Of a DNA stretch of 64,000 nt, positions 38,783 through 50,333 are shown in pieces. The translations under genes and the position numbers were made by a program. Within the stretch, counting starts at the first letter, position 1, and each line of letters starts with the position of its first letter. Origin of the DNA: Calditrichales bacterium (GTDB taxonomy: Bacteria; Calditrichota; Calditrichia; Calditrichales; J004); assembly GCA_965267575.1 (NCBI GenBank), contig OZ254086.1, positions 3,936,001-4,000,000 of the forward strand, written 5' to 3'. Under the pieces are notes generated by a model. The model did not search any database. It saw only the letters and a list, made by a program, of their open reading frames with translations, and had not been told where the DNA came from.

Positions 38783-39574
38783 TCAGCCGAGCTTAATCAG
38801 GATTTTATCTTTATTTTTGTCAAAAGAAAGGAGCGCTGCGGCACTGCCCCGGTTGGCGGCCACCTCCAGAAATCCCCTGCTGTTCCAGAGCGCCATCAAT
38901 TCGCCGGGCTGCTTTTCACTGTAATAATCATTCACCTCGGAAGTGTTAAAGCCTTTCGTTTTTACATACTCCACGCGTTTTTTCTTTAAACGCTCCAGGT
39001 CTCGCTGGGCAAAACCCGAAATAATATTACCAAAACGGTCAATCGTGATAACGTCCACTTCCAGCTCGCTGCCGGCTTTGCGGAAATAGGGTCTTGGTAT
39101 TTCCGTTCTTTCATCCAGCTTAATGCCCAGACGCTCGCAGGGCACGCCATTGGCGAGACGCGCCGCCACCGGGGCAAACAGATCACGGGCATGGAACGTA
39201 TGGCTCACCTGCGCCGCGCCCAGCTTTGACGGATCTATCTCATAAGAGGTGTAGGCTTCCTGGCTGTAAATAAAATGAAAAATGCCATTATCCGGACCCA
39301 CATAAAAATGCCGCGCTGTCTTGATAATGGCCGCACGGCGGGGACTGCCCACGCCCGGATCGACCACGGCCAAATGAACGGTGCCGCGCGGAAAATTGTC
39401 ATAATAGTTGTTCAAAGTAAAAGCGGCTTCCCCGATATCATAGGTAACTATGTCATGACTTATATCGATGATCTCCGCGTCGGGCGCGATGCTTTTAATA
39501 ACGCCCTTAACACTTCCTACATATCCGTCGCGTGTTCCAAAATCGGTAAGCAAAGTGATAATTTTTGGGGTCAT
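38783..39574 (-). CDS. SAM hydrolase / SAM-dependent halogenase family (DUF62)
   Basis: LLTDFG, VVDPGVGS, GPDNG, TFHARD and DRFGN. Confidence 0.9.
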   Translation of the reverse strand: MTPKIITLLTDFGTRDGYVGSVKGVIKSIAPDAEIIDISHDIVTYDIGEAAFTLNNYYDNFPRGTVHLAVVDPGVGSPRRAAIIKTARHFYVGPDNGIFHFIYSQEAYTSYEIDPSKLGAAQVSHTFHARDLFAPVAARLANGVPCERLGIKLDERTEIPRPYFRKAGSELEVDVITIDRFGNIISGFAQRDLERLKKKRVEYVKTKGFNTSEVNDYYSEKQPGELMALWNSRGFLEVAANRGSAAALLSFDKNKDKILIKLG

Positions 39575-39577
39575 GAT

Positions 39578-40390
39578 CTACCTGCCTTTTTTCTGGCATT
39601 TGGGGCACAGATGCGTTCCGCGCCCGGCAAAGCGGATTTTTTCAATTGTTGTTCCGCAATCGGGACAGGGCAAGCCGGCACGGTCATATACTTTAAAAAA
39701 CAGTTGATTGCTTCCTGCCACACCGCGCGGATCACGGTAATCCGAAATGGTACTTCCCATATTGACAATGGCAAAGGACAAAACCTCGCGGATATGCTCA
39801 AAAAGTTCCACGGCCTTTTTGCTGCTTATCCTGTCAGCCGGGCGCGCCGGGTGTATTTTTGCCCGGAACAACCCTTCATCCACGTAAATATTGCCCAGTC
39901 CGGAAATATATTTCTGAGACATCAGCATAGCTTTGATATTCATCTTTGTAGAACGCAGCATCTGAAAAAACTTCTGCGCCGAAAGCGCTTCATCCAAAGC
40001 ATCAGTGCCAACGTGACCTATCACCTCGTTAAGGTCGTTTACATGATACATCCGGCCGAACTTCCGTACATCACGAAAACATAAAACCGTACCGTCCTGA
40101 AAACGCACAACAACACGAATGTAGGGGTCTTCGGGCATCTCGCCAAAAGTATCATAGCGCAGCAGCTGGCCGGTCATTCGCAGATGGACAACCAAGTATC
40201 CCCGGTCCAGTCGCAACAACAGGTATTTGGCATGACGCCCTACTCCCTTAATGCTGCGGTCTTCCAGGCTGCCGGCCGATCTCAGCTCCAGCGATCGCGG
40301 CCAAACCGCTTCCACGGTTTGAATTTTTTTGCCAGGGAGCCAGCTGCGCAGTTCCCGGGCCACAGTTTCAACTTCAGGTAATTCCGGCAT
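39578..40390 (-). CDS. mutM: Formamidopyrimidine-DNA glycosylase
   Basis: MPELPEVET, HLRMTG, GLGNIY and a C-terminal zinc finger. Confidence 0.95.
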   Translation of the reverse strand: MPELPEVETVARELRSWLPGKKIQTVEAVWPRSLELRSAGSLEDRSIKGVGRHAKYLLLRLDRGYLVVHLRMTGQLLRYDTFGEMPEDPYIRVVVRFQDGTVLCFRDVRKFGRMYHVNDLNEVIGHVGTDALDEALSAQKFFQMLRSTKMNIKAMLMSQKYISGLGNIYVDEGLFRAKIHPARPADRISSKKAVELFEHIREVLSFAIVNMGSTISDYRDPRGVAGSNQLFFKVYDRAGLPCPDCGTTIEKIRFAGRGTHLCPKCQKKGR

Positions 40391-40429
40391 CTCGAATCTA
40401 CAAAGTTAACTATAATAAAAACAACACCT

Positions 40430-41431
40430 TTAAAGCGGCAGATAATCCGGCAGGCCGATATTGATAAGACGAGCGTTGTTAGCAGCCGGATAGGCCTTTC
40501 TCTCACCTTCCAGTTGCTGCAACAGGGTGTATGCCTCACCAATCTCTGTTTGCTTCTGAACCGCCAGCCGGGCCTGTATTTTGGCGTCGTTCCGGTTGTC
40601 GTGTTTCATGTAATAAACCGCGCGGAAATAATGGCGGTCTGCGTCGTTTAGAATGCCCGCAAAAGGTCCGCTCAATAACGTGTAAGCGCGTTCATCCTCA
40701 CCGTTTTTAAACAAAGCATATACCAGGAGAAGAGCGGTATTCCGGTTCATCTGCATCAGTTCCCTATATGTCTCAAGCTGCTGCTGTACGTCTTCAAAGC
40801 GCTCCTGTTCAAAATGCAGCCGTGCCGAGACGTGAAAATATTCAGCCTGCAACCGCGTATTGTTCAGCTTAGCTTCGCGCCGGTAATCATCCAGCTTGTT
40901 GGCGCAGAGGCCATATTCGCGACGCTGCAAGTAGCATTCGGCGACGGCCAGATGTAAAAAATGTTGTGCCGGTTCCAGCGTGTGCGCACGGTTAAAATAA
41001 GATATGGCGTTGTCATAGCGATACATTTTCATCAGCAGGCGTCCGGACTTGATCATCACGCGGGCATAATTGGAGCGAAGACGCAGCGCGTCGTTATAAT
41101 CCTTCAGGGCTTTTTCGGCTTTGTCCTGCTTGGCATAGACATCACCGCGCAGCTCAAAATAGCGGGCAATGCGATCATTGCGCATAATGGCGCGTTCGAC
41201 CAGCTCAAGCGCCATATCATAATTGCCATTCTCATATTCCTGGAGGGCGCGGGAATAGCTGCGCAGACCGGTGTCTTCTTCGGTGGGAACGGTTTGGGAC
41301 GGTGAACAGGCCAGTAACGGAAAAAACAGTCCCAAAGAGGTAAAAAAAATAAAGCGCTTAACCTTCTTTTTGAATGGCGCGCACTTCGCTGATAAAGCTT
41401 TTGTATTCCGGTTCTTCCGTAAAAGGCGCAT
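40430..41431 (-). CDS. TPR-repeat (lipo)protein
   Basis: Hydrophobic stretch ending in the lipobox-like LLAC, followed by TPR-like repeats. Start codon uncertain. Confidence 0.65.
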   Translation of the reverse strand: MRLLRKNRNTKALSAKCAPFKKKVKRFIFFTSLGLFFPLLACSPSQTVPTEEDTGLRSYSRALQEYENGNYDMALELVERAIMRNDRIARYFELRGDVYAKQDKAEKALKDYNDALRLRSNYARVMIKSGRLLMKMYRYDNAISYFNRAHTLEPAQHFLHLAVAECYLQRREYGLCANKLDDYRREAKLNNTRLQAEYFHVSARLHFEQERFEDVQQQLETYRELMQMNRNTALLLVYALFKNGEDERAYTLLSGPFAGILNDADRHYFRAVYYMKHDNRNDAKIQARLAVQKQTEIGEAYTLLQQLEGERKAYPAANNARLINIGLPDYLPL

Positions 41432-41990
41432 TACGCTTAACGCTGCGTTCGCTGACATCAAGAATTTCCTGGATGATCGATGATGAATTTTCTTCGGCCC
41501 ACCCGCGAATCTTTTCTAGCAAGATGGTTTTATTGTCCCCGGTAACCGCCTGATTAATAACGCGGGCAACCACATGTGTCATCAGCTTATCGTCGCCTGC
41601 AGCATAATGTTCCAGATAATCCATAACCGATTCCAGATCATGACGGGCGGCATAATGCATCGAACTTAAAGTGAACTGGCGCAGGTTGGAATCCTCGTCG
41701 TTCAACAAGGCTTCAAAAGCCCGCTCCCAGCCGTCGCGCGGGCCATAGCGGCCAATCATTTCAGCGAGGGTGCTCTTGTCCTGAATGGCTTTGTGGTGGT
41801 CACTGCGATAATATTCGTCGATAAATGAGGGCAGCTGGTGATAGAGTTCAGGCGTTATGTCTTCGGGGGTCTCAAGGTTGAGGTGTTTGCACAAGCGAAT
41901 CAATAATTTAGAAGCCGATTGTACTTTGCCGACAGAGGGCTTTGTTTTCAGGTAGTAGTCGTGTAAACGCTGTAAGTCGGACATATCCAA
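41358..41990 (-). CDS. Hypothetical helical protein (HEAT-like C-terminal half)
   Basis: 210-aa ORF in the operon with LLNDEDSNLRQF resembling a HEAT repeat. Confidence 0.55.
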   Translation of the reverse strand: MDMSDLQRLHDYYLKTKPSVGKVQSASKLLIRLCKHLNLETPEDITPELYHQLPSFIDEYYRSDHHKAIQDKSTLAEMIGRYGPRDGWERAFEALLNDEDSNLRQFTLSSMHYAARHDLESVMDYLEHYAAGDDKLMTHVVARVINQAVTGDNKTILLEKIRGWAEENSSSIIQEILDVSERSVKRNAPFTEEPEYKSFISEVRAIQKEG

Positions 41991-42052
41991 TCCCGTAATT
42001 CCTTCAATCCGTGCAAAGCATTTAATATACGCTGTGGCGATATTTCATACAA

Positions 42053-42517
42053 TCACTTGCCGGCGCTTTTGCGGAAACGGTCTAGTCCGGCGAAACGCGC
42101 GGGCACAAAAGCCACCCAATAAAGCACGGCCATTATAGCGGCGTTTTCCGCCACTTTCAGCCAGCTCACCTGTTGCACGCCGGCCAGGCTGACGCCGCAG
42201 CCGCAATCGATTTCCAAACCACGCAAAAGCGCGCTGATAACGGCCAGCGTAAAAACGCCCATCAGAGTAAAGGCTGTGACGGCCGTGGAAGAGGTAAACA
42301 GGCCAAGCAGCAAAAACAATCCGCAATAAAACTCCAGCCAGGGTATCATCACGGCGGGGATGTTGCTGAGCAGATCCGGGATGAGCTGGTAGTCACGGAT
42401 GGCTGTGGCGAATTCGGCAGGTTGTATAATTTTGGCCGACGCGGCATATAGAAAGTATGCGCCAAGGGCCACACGCAGCAGAAAAATCAGATAGCGGTTT
42501 TTAAGGATTGTTTTCAT
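42053..42517 (-). CDS. DoxX/MauE-family membrane protein
   Basis: P.LE...G and RGLEIDCGC motifs with 4 TMs. Start taken at ATG 42517. Confidence 0.85.
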   Translation of the reverse strand: MKTILKNRYLIFLLRVALGAYFLYAASAKIIQPAEFATAIRDYQLIPDLLSNIPAVMIPWLEFYCGLFLLLGLFTSSTAVTAFTLMGVFTLAVISALLRGLEIDCGCGVSLAGVQQVSWLKVAENAAIMAVLYWVAFVPARFAGLDRFRKSAGK

Positions 42518-42981
42518 CGCTTTGCACTTTCCAGCGGATATCCCGCCTTGCGCCATTCACTGTAGCCGCCGGCAAAGATCGCCACACGGTCATAGCCCGC
42601 TTCGTTGAGCTTTTTGGCAAGAATATTGGCCTGGTTGCAGGTGGCGCTGTAGCAATAGACCACCAGGTTGGTATTCTTATCAAGACTTTTAAGACCCGCT
42701 TCTGAAGAAACATCCTGAGTGCTGTAAACAACATTAACAGAACCGGGTATGTGCGAGCGGTCGTATTGCATCACATTACGCGCATCAACAAAAACAGCTT
42801 CCCCGGCCTGCCAGATCTTTTTGGCTTCGTACAAGCTGAGCACGGTACCGTCTTTGATTAGTTGAGGATGATATAGAAGGTCTACACTGCTTACCGAAAC
42901 CGCGTTGAAGCTGAGGCTGCTTACCACAGTCAGCACCAGTATCAACAAGATATGTTGCCATTTTAAATCTTTGATCTTCAC
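42514..42981 (-). CDS. Rhodanese-like protein
   Basis: VDAR, HIPGS, VYCYSATC and GGYSEW. Confidence 0.85.
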   Translation of the reverse strand: MKIKDLKWQHILLILVLTVVSSLSFNAVSVSSVDLLYHPQLIKDGTVLSLYEAKKIWQAGEAVFVDARNVMQYDRSHIPGSVNVVYSTQDVSSEAGLKSLDKNTNLVVYCYSATCNQANILAKKLNEAGYDRVAIFAGGYSEWRKAGYPLESAKR

Positions 42982-44156
42982 GCAAAAACCTCCTGCAACA
43001 GTTTTTGAATCTTACCAAATGCCTCTTCCAGCTGCTCCATAGACGCGGCGTAGGAAATGCGCGCATGGCCGTCCGTGCCAAAGCCGCTACCGGGTACCGT
43101 TGATACATCTGCTTTTTCCAGAAGCAGGTTGCAAAAATCGAAATCGTTTTCAATGGCACCTTTAAAAAAGGCACTGACGTCGGGGAAAAAATAAAATGCT
43201 CCGTAGGGCTTTTCAAAAGAGATACCGTCTATCTCTGAAAGTTTTTGTTGCACAAAGCGCCGTCTTTCGGCAAATGTATCGCGCATCCGGTTTACAAAAT
43301 TCTGCGAGGCATTTAAGGCCGCCAGAGCGGCATACTGCGAAATGCTGGCCGGATTGGAAGAATTGTGGCTCTGTATCTTTTCAGCTGCGTCGATGAGGGT
43401 TATGGGACCGGCCGCATAGCCGATGCGCCAGCCCGTCATGGCATACGCTTTGGAAACACCCTGGAACAGCACAACGTCCGTCATATCCCGCAAAATGCCC
43501 ATACTGGCAAAATCGACATCATCGTAAAGCAGGGGCGCGTAAATCTCATCGCTTAAAACGACAATACCGCTGCCGGAAAGTACTTCGCCCAGAGCCTGCA
43601 GTTCACTTTTTGTGTAAACCATGCCGGTAGGATTGGCCGGGTTGCTGATCAGTAACGCCTTGGTGCGCGGTGTTATGGCCATGCGCAGTTGTTCCGGCGT
43701 AAGCTTAAAACTGTTTTGCGCGGGACAGTCCACAAAAATAGGCAAACCGCCCGCCAGGCAGATCATTTCAGGATGCGACGGCCAGTACGGGGACGGGATG
43801 ATCACCTCATCGCCTTCATCTATCAGGGCCATGATGACATTGTAAATGGCCTGTTTGGCGCCGTTGCCCACAAGAATCTCCGCCGGATTGTAGCGCAGCT
43901 TATGATCTTCCTCAAGCCGCCGGCACACCGCCTCGCGCAGTTCCAGGATGCCGCGTGTCAGCGTATAGCGTGTCTTGTTTTCGCGAATAGCCTGCCAGGC
44001 CGCTTCCTTAATAAAATCCGGCGTGTCAAAATCCGATTCGCCCACACCCAGGTTTATGATACTGCGGCCTGTTCTTTTAAGCTCTATGGTACGCGCGGCC
44101 ATGGCCATTGTGGCCGATGTGCCCAGACGCTTTACCCTGTGCGAGAGGTATTTCAT
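42978..44156 (-). CDS. Class I/II PLP-dependent aminotransferase (AspC-like)
   Basis: NPANPTG, SDEIY and SKAYAMTGWRIG. Confidence 0.9.
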   Translation of the reverse strand: MKYLSHRVKRLGTSATMAMAARTIELKRTGRSIINLGVGESDFDTPDFIKEAAWQAIRENKTRYTLTRGILELREAVCRRLEEDHKLRYNPAEILVGNGAKQAIYNVIMALIDEGDEVIIPSPYWPSHPEMICLAGGLPIFVDCPAQNSFKLTPEQLRMAITPRTKALLISNPANPTGMVYTKSELQALGEVLSGSGIVVLSDEIYAPLLYDDVDFASMGILRDMTDVVLFQGVSKAYAMTGWRIGYAAGPITLIDAAEKIQSHNSSNPASISQYAALAALNASQNFVNRMRDTFAERRRFVQQKLSEIDGISFEKPYGAFYFFPDVSAFFKGAIENDFDFCNLLLEKADVSTVPGSGFGTDGHARISYAASMEQLEEAFGKIQKLLQEVFA

Positions 44157-44722
44157 AGATAGGTTTTAAAAAAGTTGTTTAGCAGGTGAAAGCCGACTTC
44201 CGTCATGATCGATTCCGGGTGGAACTGCACACCTTCGATCATCAGCGGCTTGTGGCGCAGTCCCATCACCACGCCGTCTTTTGTTTCTGCGCTTATTTCC
44301 AGCTCTTCCGGTACGGTGGCGCGCTGTACGATGAGCGAATGATAGCGCGTTGCGACAAAGGGATTGGGCAGCCCGTTAAAAACCGTTTTATTATCATGAA
44401 AGATTTCTGACGTTTTGCCGTGCATAAGCTGCGGTGCGCGCACAACCCTGCCGCCGAAAGACTCGCCAATGGCCTGATGCCCCAGGCAGACGCCCAAAAT
44501 TGGCACGTTGCCCTTGAGACGATCGATTGCCTGCAGCGTAACACCCGCATTTTTTGGAATGCCCGGCCCCGGCGAGATCACCAGTGCCTCATATTTTTTT
44601 TCGACAATCTGCTCAACGCTGATCTTGTCGTTCCGGATCACCTCGAACGGCAGCTCGAGACGCCCCAGCAACTGCGCGATGTTAAACGTAAAAGAGTCGT
44701 AATTGTCCAGCAGAAGAATCAT
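44153..44722 (-). CDS. trpG: Anthranilate/aminodeoxychorismate synthase component II
   Basis: DNYDSFT, ISPGPG, GVCLGHQ and QFHPES. Start taken at ATG 44722. Confidence 0.85.
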   Translation of the reverse strand: MILLLDNYDSFTFNIAQLLGRLELPFEVIRNDKISVEQIVEKKYEALVISPGPGIPKNAGVTLQAIDRLKGNVPILGVCLGHQAIGESFGGRVVRAPQLMHGKTSEIFHDNKTVFNGLPNPFVATRYHSLIVQRATVPEELEISAETKDGVVMGLRHKPLMIEGVQFHPESIMTEVGFHLLNNFFKTYL

Positions 44723-44727
44723 TGCTG

Positions 44728-46235
<1,508 letters not shown>

Positions 46236-46239
<4 letters not shown>

Positions 46240-47543
46240 TCCTGCGGCGTTTCCCCGGGTTTTTGCTCTTCGCTTTCCTTTTTCTCACGCTTTATCACGC
46301 GTACCCGTTCAATGCGCCGGCGGTAAACGCGTTCCACGACAAAATCATAACCGTTCCATGATATCTGGCTCTTGGTTTTTGGAACCGTGCCAAAACGTCC
46401 CAACAGGAACCCGGCCAGCGTTTCGGCGCCTTCTTCGGTGGGCAAATCAAATTCAAGTTCCTGGTTCAGTTCCTCCAGCAGAATGCCGCCGGTTACCAGG
46501 AACACATTATCATCAATGCGCGATATCATCGGCGCTTCACGATCGTATTCATCCTGTATTTCGCCAACGATCTCTTCAATTACATCTTCAAGTGTAACGA
46601 GGCCGGCCGTGCCGCCATATTCATCTACAACAATGGCCATGTGTATACGCTCCGTGCGGAATTCGCGCAGCAACGTGTTGATCGTTTTCTGGTCCGGTAC
46701 AAAATAGGGTGGATTGGCCACGGAGAGCAGGTTAAAATCGCTTGTGTTTCTTTTGCGGATAAGCGGCAGCAGGTCTTTAACGTGTAAAATGCCAACCACG
46801 TTGTCGATAGTATCTTTATAGATCGGAATACGGCTGTGGCGCTTGTCTTTAAGAATGCGCAAAAGCTGCGTCACACTGGTTTTTTCTTCCACGCAGACCA
46901 TATCGATGCGCGGGATCATGATCTCTTTGGCGGTGGTATCGCTCATCTCAAAGATACCGTGGATCATCTCGCGCTCATCCTGTTCAAGGCCCATGTGGCT
47001 GTCGGAAACGTTCACGATCGAGCGCAGCTCATCTTCAGAGAGACTGAATTTGGTTTTGTTCAGCCCAAAAGGCTTTCCGACAATACCGATAATATAATCC
47101 ACTACGACAATCAGCGGATAGGTCACGTAATAAAAAAGGGAAACGGGAATGGCCAGGGCGATAACAACCTGCCTTGAATTGGCCGGAGATATGATCTTAG
47201 CCAGCAGTTCCACCACAAGAATAATGATAAAGGCCGCCAGCAATAACACAGGCAGCAACCAGATATTGCGGATTAACGAATACCAGTCCAGCGCCACATA
47301 AACGGCCATAAACATAAAGGCGGTTTTTAGCAGAACCAGACAGATGTACAGTTTTCTTGGCTGTTGAAATATAAAAGCGGCCTGACGTTCGGCGAGCCTT
47401 TCGCTTCTGCCGAATTCAGCAATCTGCGATTTGTTGATATTAAAAAAAGCAGCTTCCGCGCCTGAAAAAATCGCGGCCACCAATAAAAATATTATGAAAA
47501 AGATCAGGTAACTAAACGATGACGGGTCCAAGAGACTGGACAA
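46236..47543 (-). CDS. CNNM/CBS/CorC hemolysin-family protein (GldE-like)
   Basis: FSGAEAAFF, IMIPRIDM, HSRIP and VVDEYGGTAGLVTLEDVIEEIVGEI. Confidence 0.88.
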
Positions 47544-47616
47544 CCTCCTAACTTTGTTCCACTTATGTCAGAGAAAAGAAAATTTAGAATATTTGAACAC
47601 TTATTACAATTAAACT

Positions 47617-48045
47617 TCAAAGGATCTCGCTGTTCATGGCCACAAGCCGGTCTTCTTCTTTTTTCATGCGCTCGTAAGCACTTTTATTCCTATCATCAAA
47701 TCCGGCCAGATGCAGCATGCCGTGAATTACAAGACGAATGACCTCGCTTTCCCAGGAGACGTTAAACTGCGCGGCATGTTCCCGGGCACGGGCCACACTG
47801 ATGTAAATTTCCGCTTCAAAAACATCGTCATCGGAAAGATCGAAAGTAATAACATCCGTGGGAGAGGGATCATCCAGGTAGGTGCCGTGCATTTCCGCCA
47901 GTGATTCATCATCCAGGAAAACAACGCTAAGATCGCCGGAAGTCAGCCGCAGTTCGTCAGCCGTGCGCTGTGCCGCCTGCCGCAATTGATCAAATGTAAG
48001 GGGTAGTTTTGGCCCGCCCTGGGCAAAAAACTGCACGTCGATCAT
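47617..48045 (-). CDS. ybeY: rRNA maturation endoribonuclease YbeY
   Basis: PTDVITF and HGMLHLAGFDD. Confidence 0.88.
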   Translation of the reverse strand: MIDVQFFAQGGPKLPLTFDQLRQAAQRTADELRLTSGDLSVVFLDDESLAEMHGTYLDDPSPTDVITFDLSDDDVFEAEIYISVARAREHAAQFNVSWESEVIRLVIHGMLHLAGFDDRNKSAYERMKKEEDRLVAMNSEIL

Positions 48046-50327
48046 GTCTGCGTTTCAGCTTCGGCGGTATTTGGCGTTTTGGCCGGTTTGCTTTTTTCCG
48101 CCTGATCGGGATACTCAATACGGTGCTGGAATACACCGTAGAGGATGGGCAGAAAAGCATCCGTAATCTGCTTTAATTCTTTAAAGGTAAGATCGCATTC
48201 ATCCAGTTCGCCGTCGCGGTAGCGTTGATGCACAAGGCCTTCCACAAAAGCACGGATCTTGGAGGGACTCGGGTTCTTCAGCGAGCGCGTGGCAGCTTCG
48301 ACGGAATCCGCCAGCATCACTATGGCCGTTGCCTTGGATTGAGGCTTGGGTCCGGGATAGCGAAAATCCGATTCGTTTACATTGTCTTTATCGCCGGCCA
48401 GGGCCACAGCCTTATTATAGAAAAAATACATCAGGCTGGTGCCGTGGTGTTCAGCAATAAAATCCTGAATACGCTGAGGCATGTTGTATTTTTCCGCCAT
48501 ATCCAGGCCTATCTTAACGTGCGAGGCCAGAATCAACGCACTCATATTTGGCTTAAGCTTGCTGTGCCGGTTATTGGCATCCATCTGGTTTTCAATGAAA
48601 TACTCGGGTTTGTCCATTTTACCAATATCGTGATAATAGGCCCCCACGCGCGCCAGCAAAGAGTTTTCGCCGATTTCCTTTGCGGCCGATTCAGCAAGGT
48701 TACCGACCACCATACTGTGATGAAATGTCCCCGGCGCCCGTATGGAAAGCTTTTTCAAAAGCGGATGGTTCAAATCGGATAATTCAAGCAAACGGACATC
48801 CGTGGTAATATCAAAGCCGCGCTCGAAAATACCAATCAGCATATAGGTAATGAACGGCGCAAAAACAGCGTTGGGGAGAAGATTATAACCGAAAACGCGG
48901 ACCATATTGGCCCAGGTATCAAAACGCATAAAAGTAATGAGACCGATCAGCCAGAGATAGGCTATGCCAATGTACAAAATGGCCTGAAAAATCTGGTTGC
49001 GCGTACGGATTTCGTATACGGCAAAAATACTGACCATACCGCTCACGATCGTCATCAACGCGATGTCGTATCCCCCGCCCTGCACGCCGCCAAGAATCAG
49101 CGCATTGGCCACCGTAACAACAAAGGCGATTCCGGGGTCAATCAAAATGGCCAGCAACATCGAGGTCAGCGTCGTCGGGATCATATAAATCGGCCAGTTA
49201 AGAGGACCGCTGATAATAGAAGCCATGGCCATCTGTACCACAATAACAATCGTTATAAGCAATAACTTTTTATTGCTGTTAAAAATGAGCTTGCGAAAAG
49301 AATAAAGATACAATCCGACGATAAAAAGTACGGCGCTGATCAGCATCAGTTTGCCGATTTGGGCGAAAGGCATCTGCCAGTTTCCTTCGCGGATGCTGCG
49401 TTCGCGACGCGCTTCTTCCAGCGAATACAGCTTCTGATAAATTTCCTCATCGATGCGCTCATTGGCATCCACAATGCGTTCGTTTTCAAAAACCATATCC
49501 TTGGTGCGGCTGACAGAGGCAATGGCGTCCTGCTCTGCCTTTTCCGTGGCCTGAATATCATAAACCAGTGTCGGCTGTACCGCTTGCTCCAGGTAGTTCC
49601 TAACTACCGGCAGCGCGTTGTCATCAATGAATTCGCCGGAACGGCTGAGCGCCTGCTCTACGACCGATGACTTACTTAACAGCGCTTCTCTGTTCATAGA
49701 TTCCTCTATATCGTTCTTGATATAGGCAATTCTCTCACGCTGCAACTGGGCCGGAGCTGTGTCGGACACACCTTCCATTAACTGCGCTTTTATATCTTCA
49801 AAAACGCGGTGCAATTTTTGAACATCCGTAGGATCGGCAAACTCATTATAGAGCGTCAGCAGCGCCGCGCCAGGAAGCTCAACCGAATACTCTTTTTTCA
49901 GAGTTTCACGCAGGGACTCAAAACGGGCAGGCTGAAGCACCGCGCCCTGCGTGTTATTACGTATTTTCTGGAACTCCGAGCGCAGAAAAAGAAAACTTTG
50001 CTCCAGCTTATTGCGTGTTTCCAGGGCAATGTTTTCACGGTAGTCAAAATAATGAGGAACCTTTGAAATGGCTTCTTTGCGATCTTTTTCCAGTTCCTGG
50101 TCTGTTTTAAGGATAAAAAAGGTAAACGGCGCAACAACCTTTTTGGTGGCGATACTGCCCACTTTAAGGTCGGTATAACGCGTCGTGCTTGTGCGAGCCA
50201 GCAATGCTAGTGTAGAAACAAGAATAATAACGAAAAAGGCCGCCTTTGTAATTCTGTTGGCCAGCCTTACGTTATTAGAGTTTTCCAGGATATCTATAAA
50301 GTTATCCCAGAGATTTGAGATCTTCAT
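48042..50327 (-). CDS. 7TM-HD phosphohydrolase (PgpH-like c-di-AMP phosphodiesterase)
   Basis: Extracytoplasmic domain, 7 TMs, APGTFHHS, YYHDIGK, EHHGT, FRYPGPKP and LADSVEAA. Confidence 0.88.
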   Translation of the reverse strand: MKISNLWDNFIDILENSNNVRLANRITKAAFFVIILVSTLALLARTSTTRYTDLKVGSIATKKVVAPFTFFILKTDQELEKDRKEAISKVPHYFDYRENIALETRNKLEQSFLFLRSEFQKIRNNTQGAVLQPARFESLRETLKKEYSVELPGAALLTLYNEFADPTDVQKLHRVFEDIKAQLMEGVSDTAPAQLQRERIAYIKNDIEESMNREALLSKSSVVEQALSRSGEFIDDNALPVVRNYLEQAVQPTLVYDIQATEKAEQDAIASVSRTKDMVFENERIVDANERIDEEIYQKLYSLEEARRERSIREGNWQMPFAQIGKLMLISAVLFIVGLYLYSFRKLIFNSNKKLLLITIVIVVQMAMASIISGPLNWPIYMIPTTLTSMLLAILIDPGIAFVVTVANALILGGVQGGGYDIALMTIVSGMVSIFAVYEIRTRNQIFQAILYIGIAYLWLIGLITFMRFDTWANMVRVFGYNLLPNAVFAPFITYMLIGIFERGFDITTDVRLLELSDLNHPLLKKLSIRAPGTFHHSMVVGNLAESAAKEIGENSLLARVGAYYHDIGKMDKPEYFIENQMDANNRHSKLKPNMSALILASHVKIGLDMAEKYNMPQRIQDFIAEHHGTSLMYFFYNKAVALAGDKDNVNESDFRYPGPKPQSKATAIVMLADSVEAATRSLKNPSPSKIRAFVEGLVHQRYRDGELDECDLTFKELKQITDAFLPILYGVFQHRIEYPDQAEKSKPAKTPNTAEAETQT

Positions 50328-50333
50328 AAAGTA

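Noticed and set aside
38783..39574. Fluorinase/chlorinase indicating halometabolite biosynthesis
   Set aside because: The context is housekeeping with no biosynthetic cluster. The widespread DUF62 SAM hydrolase is the more likely function.
42978..44156. Prephenate aminotransferase assignment because of the adjacent chorismate-using genes
   Set aside because: The N-terminal basic residue I associate with that activity is not evident (LGTSAT), so it cannot be supported from sequence.
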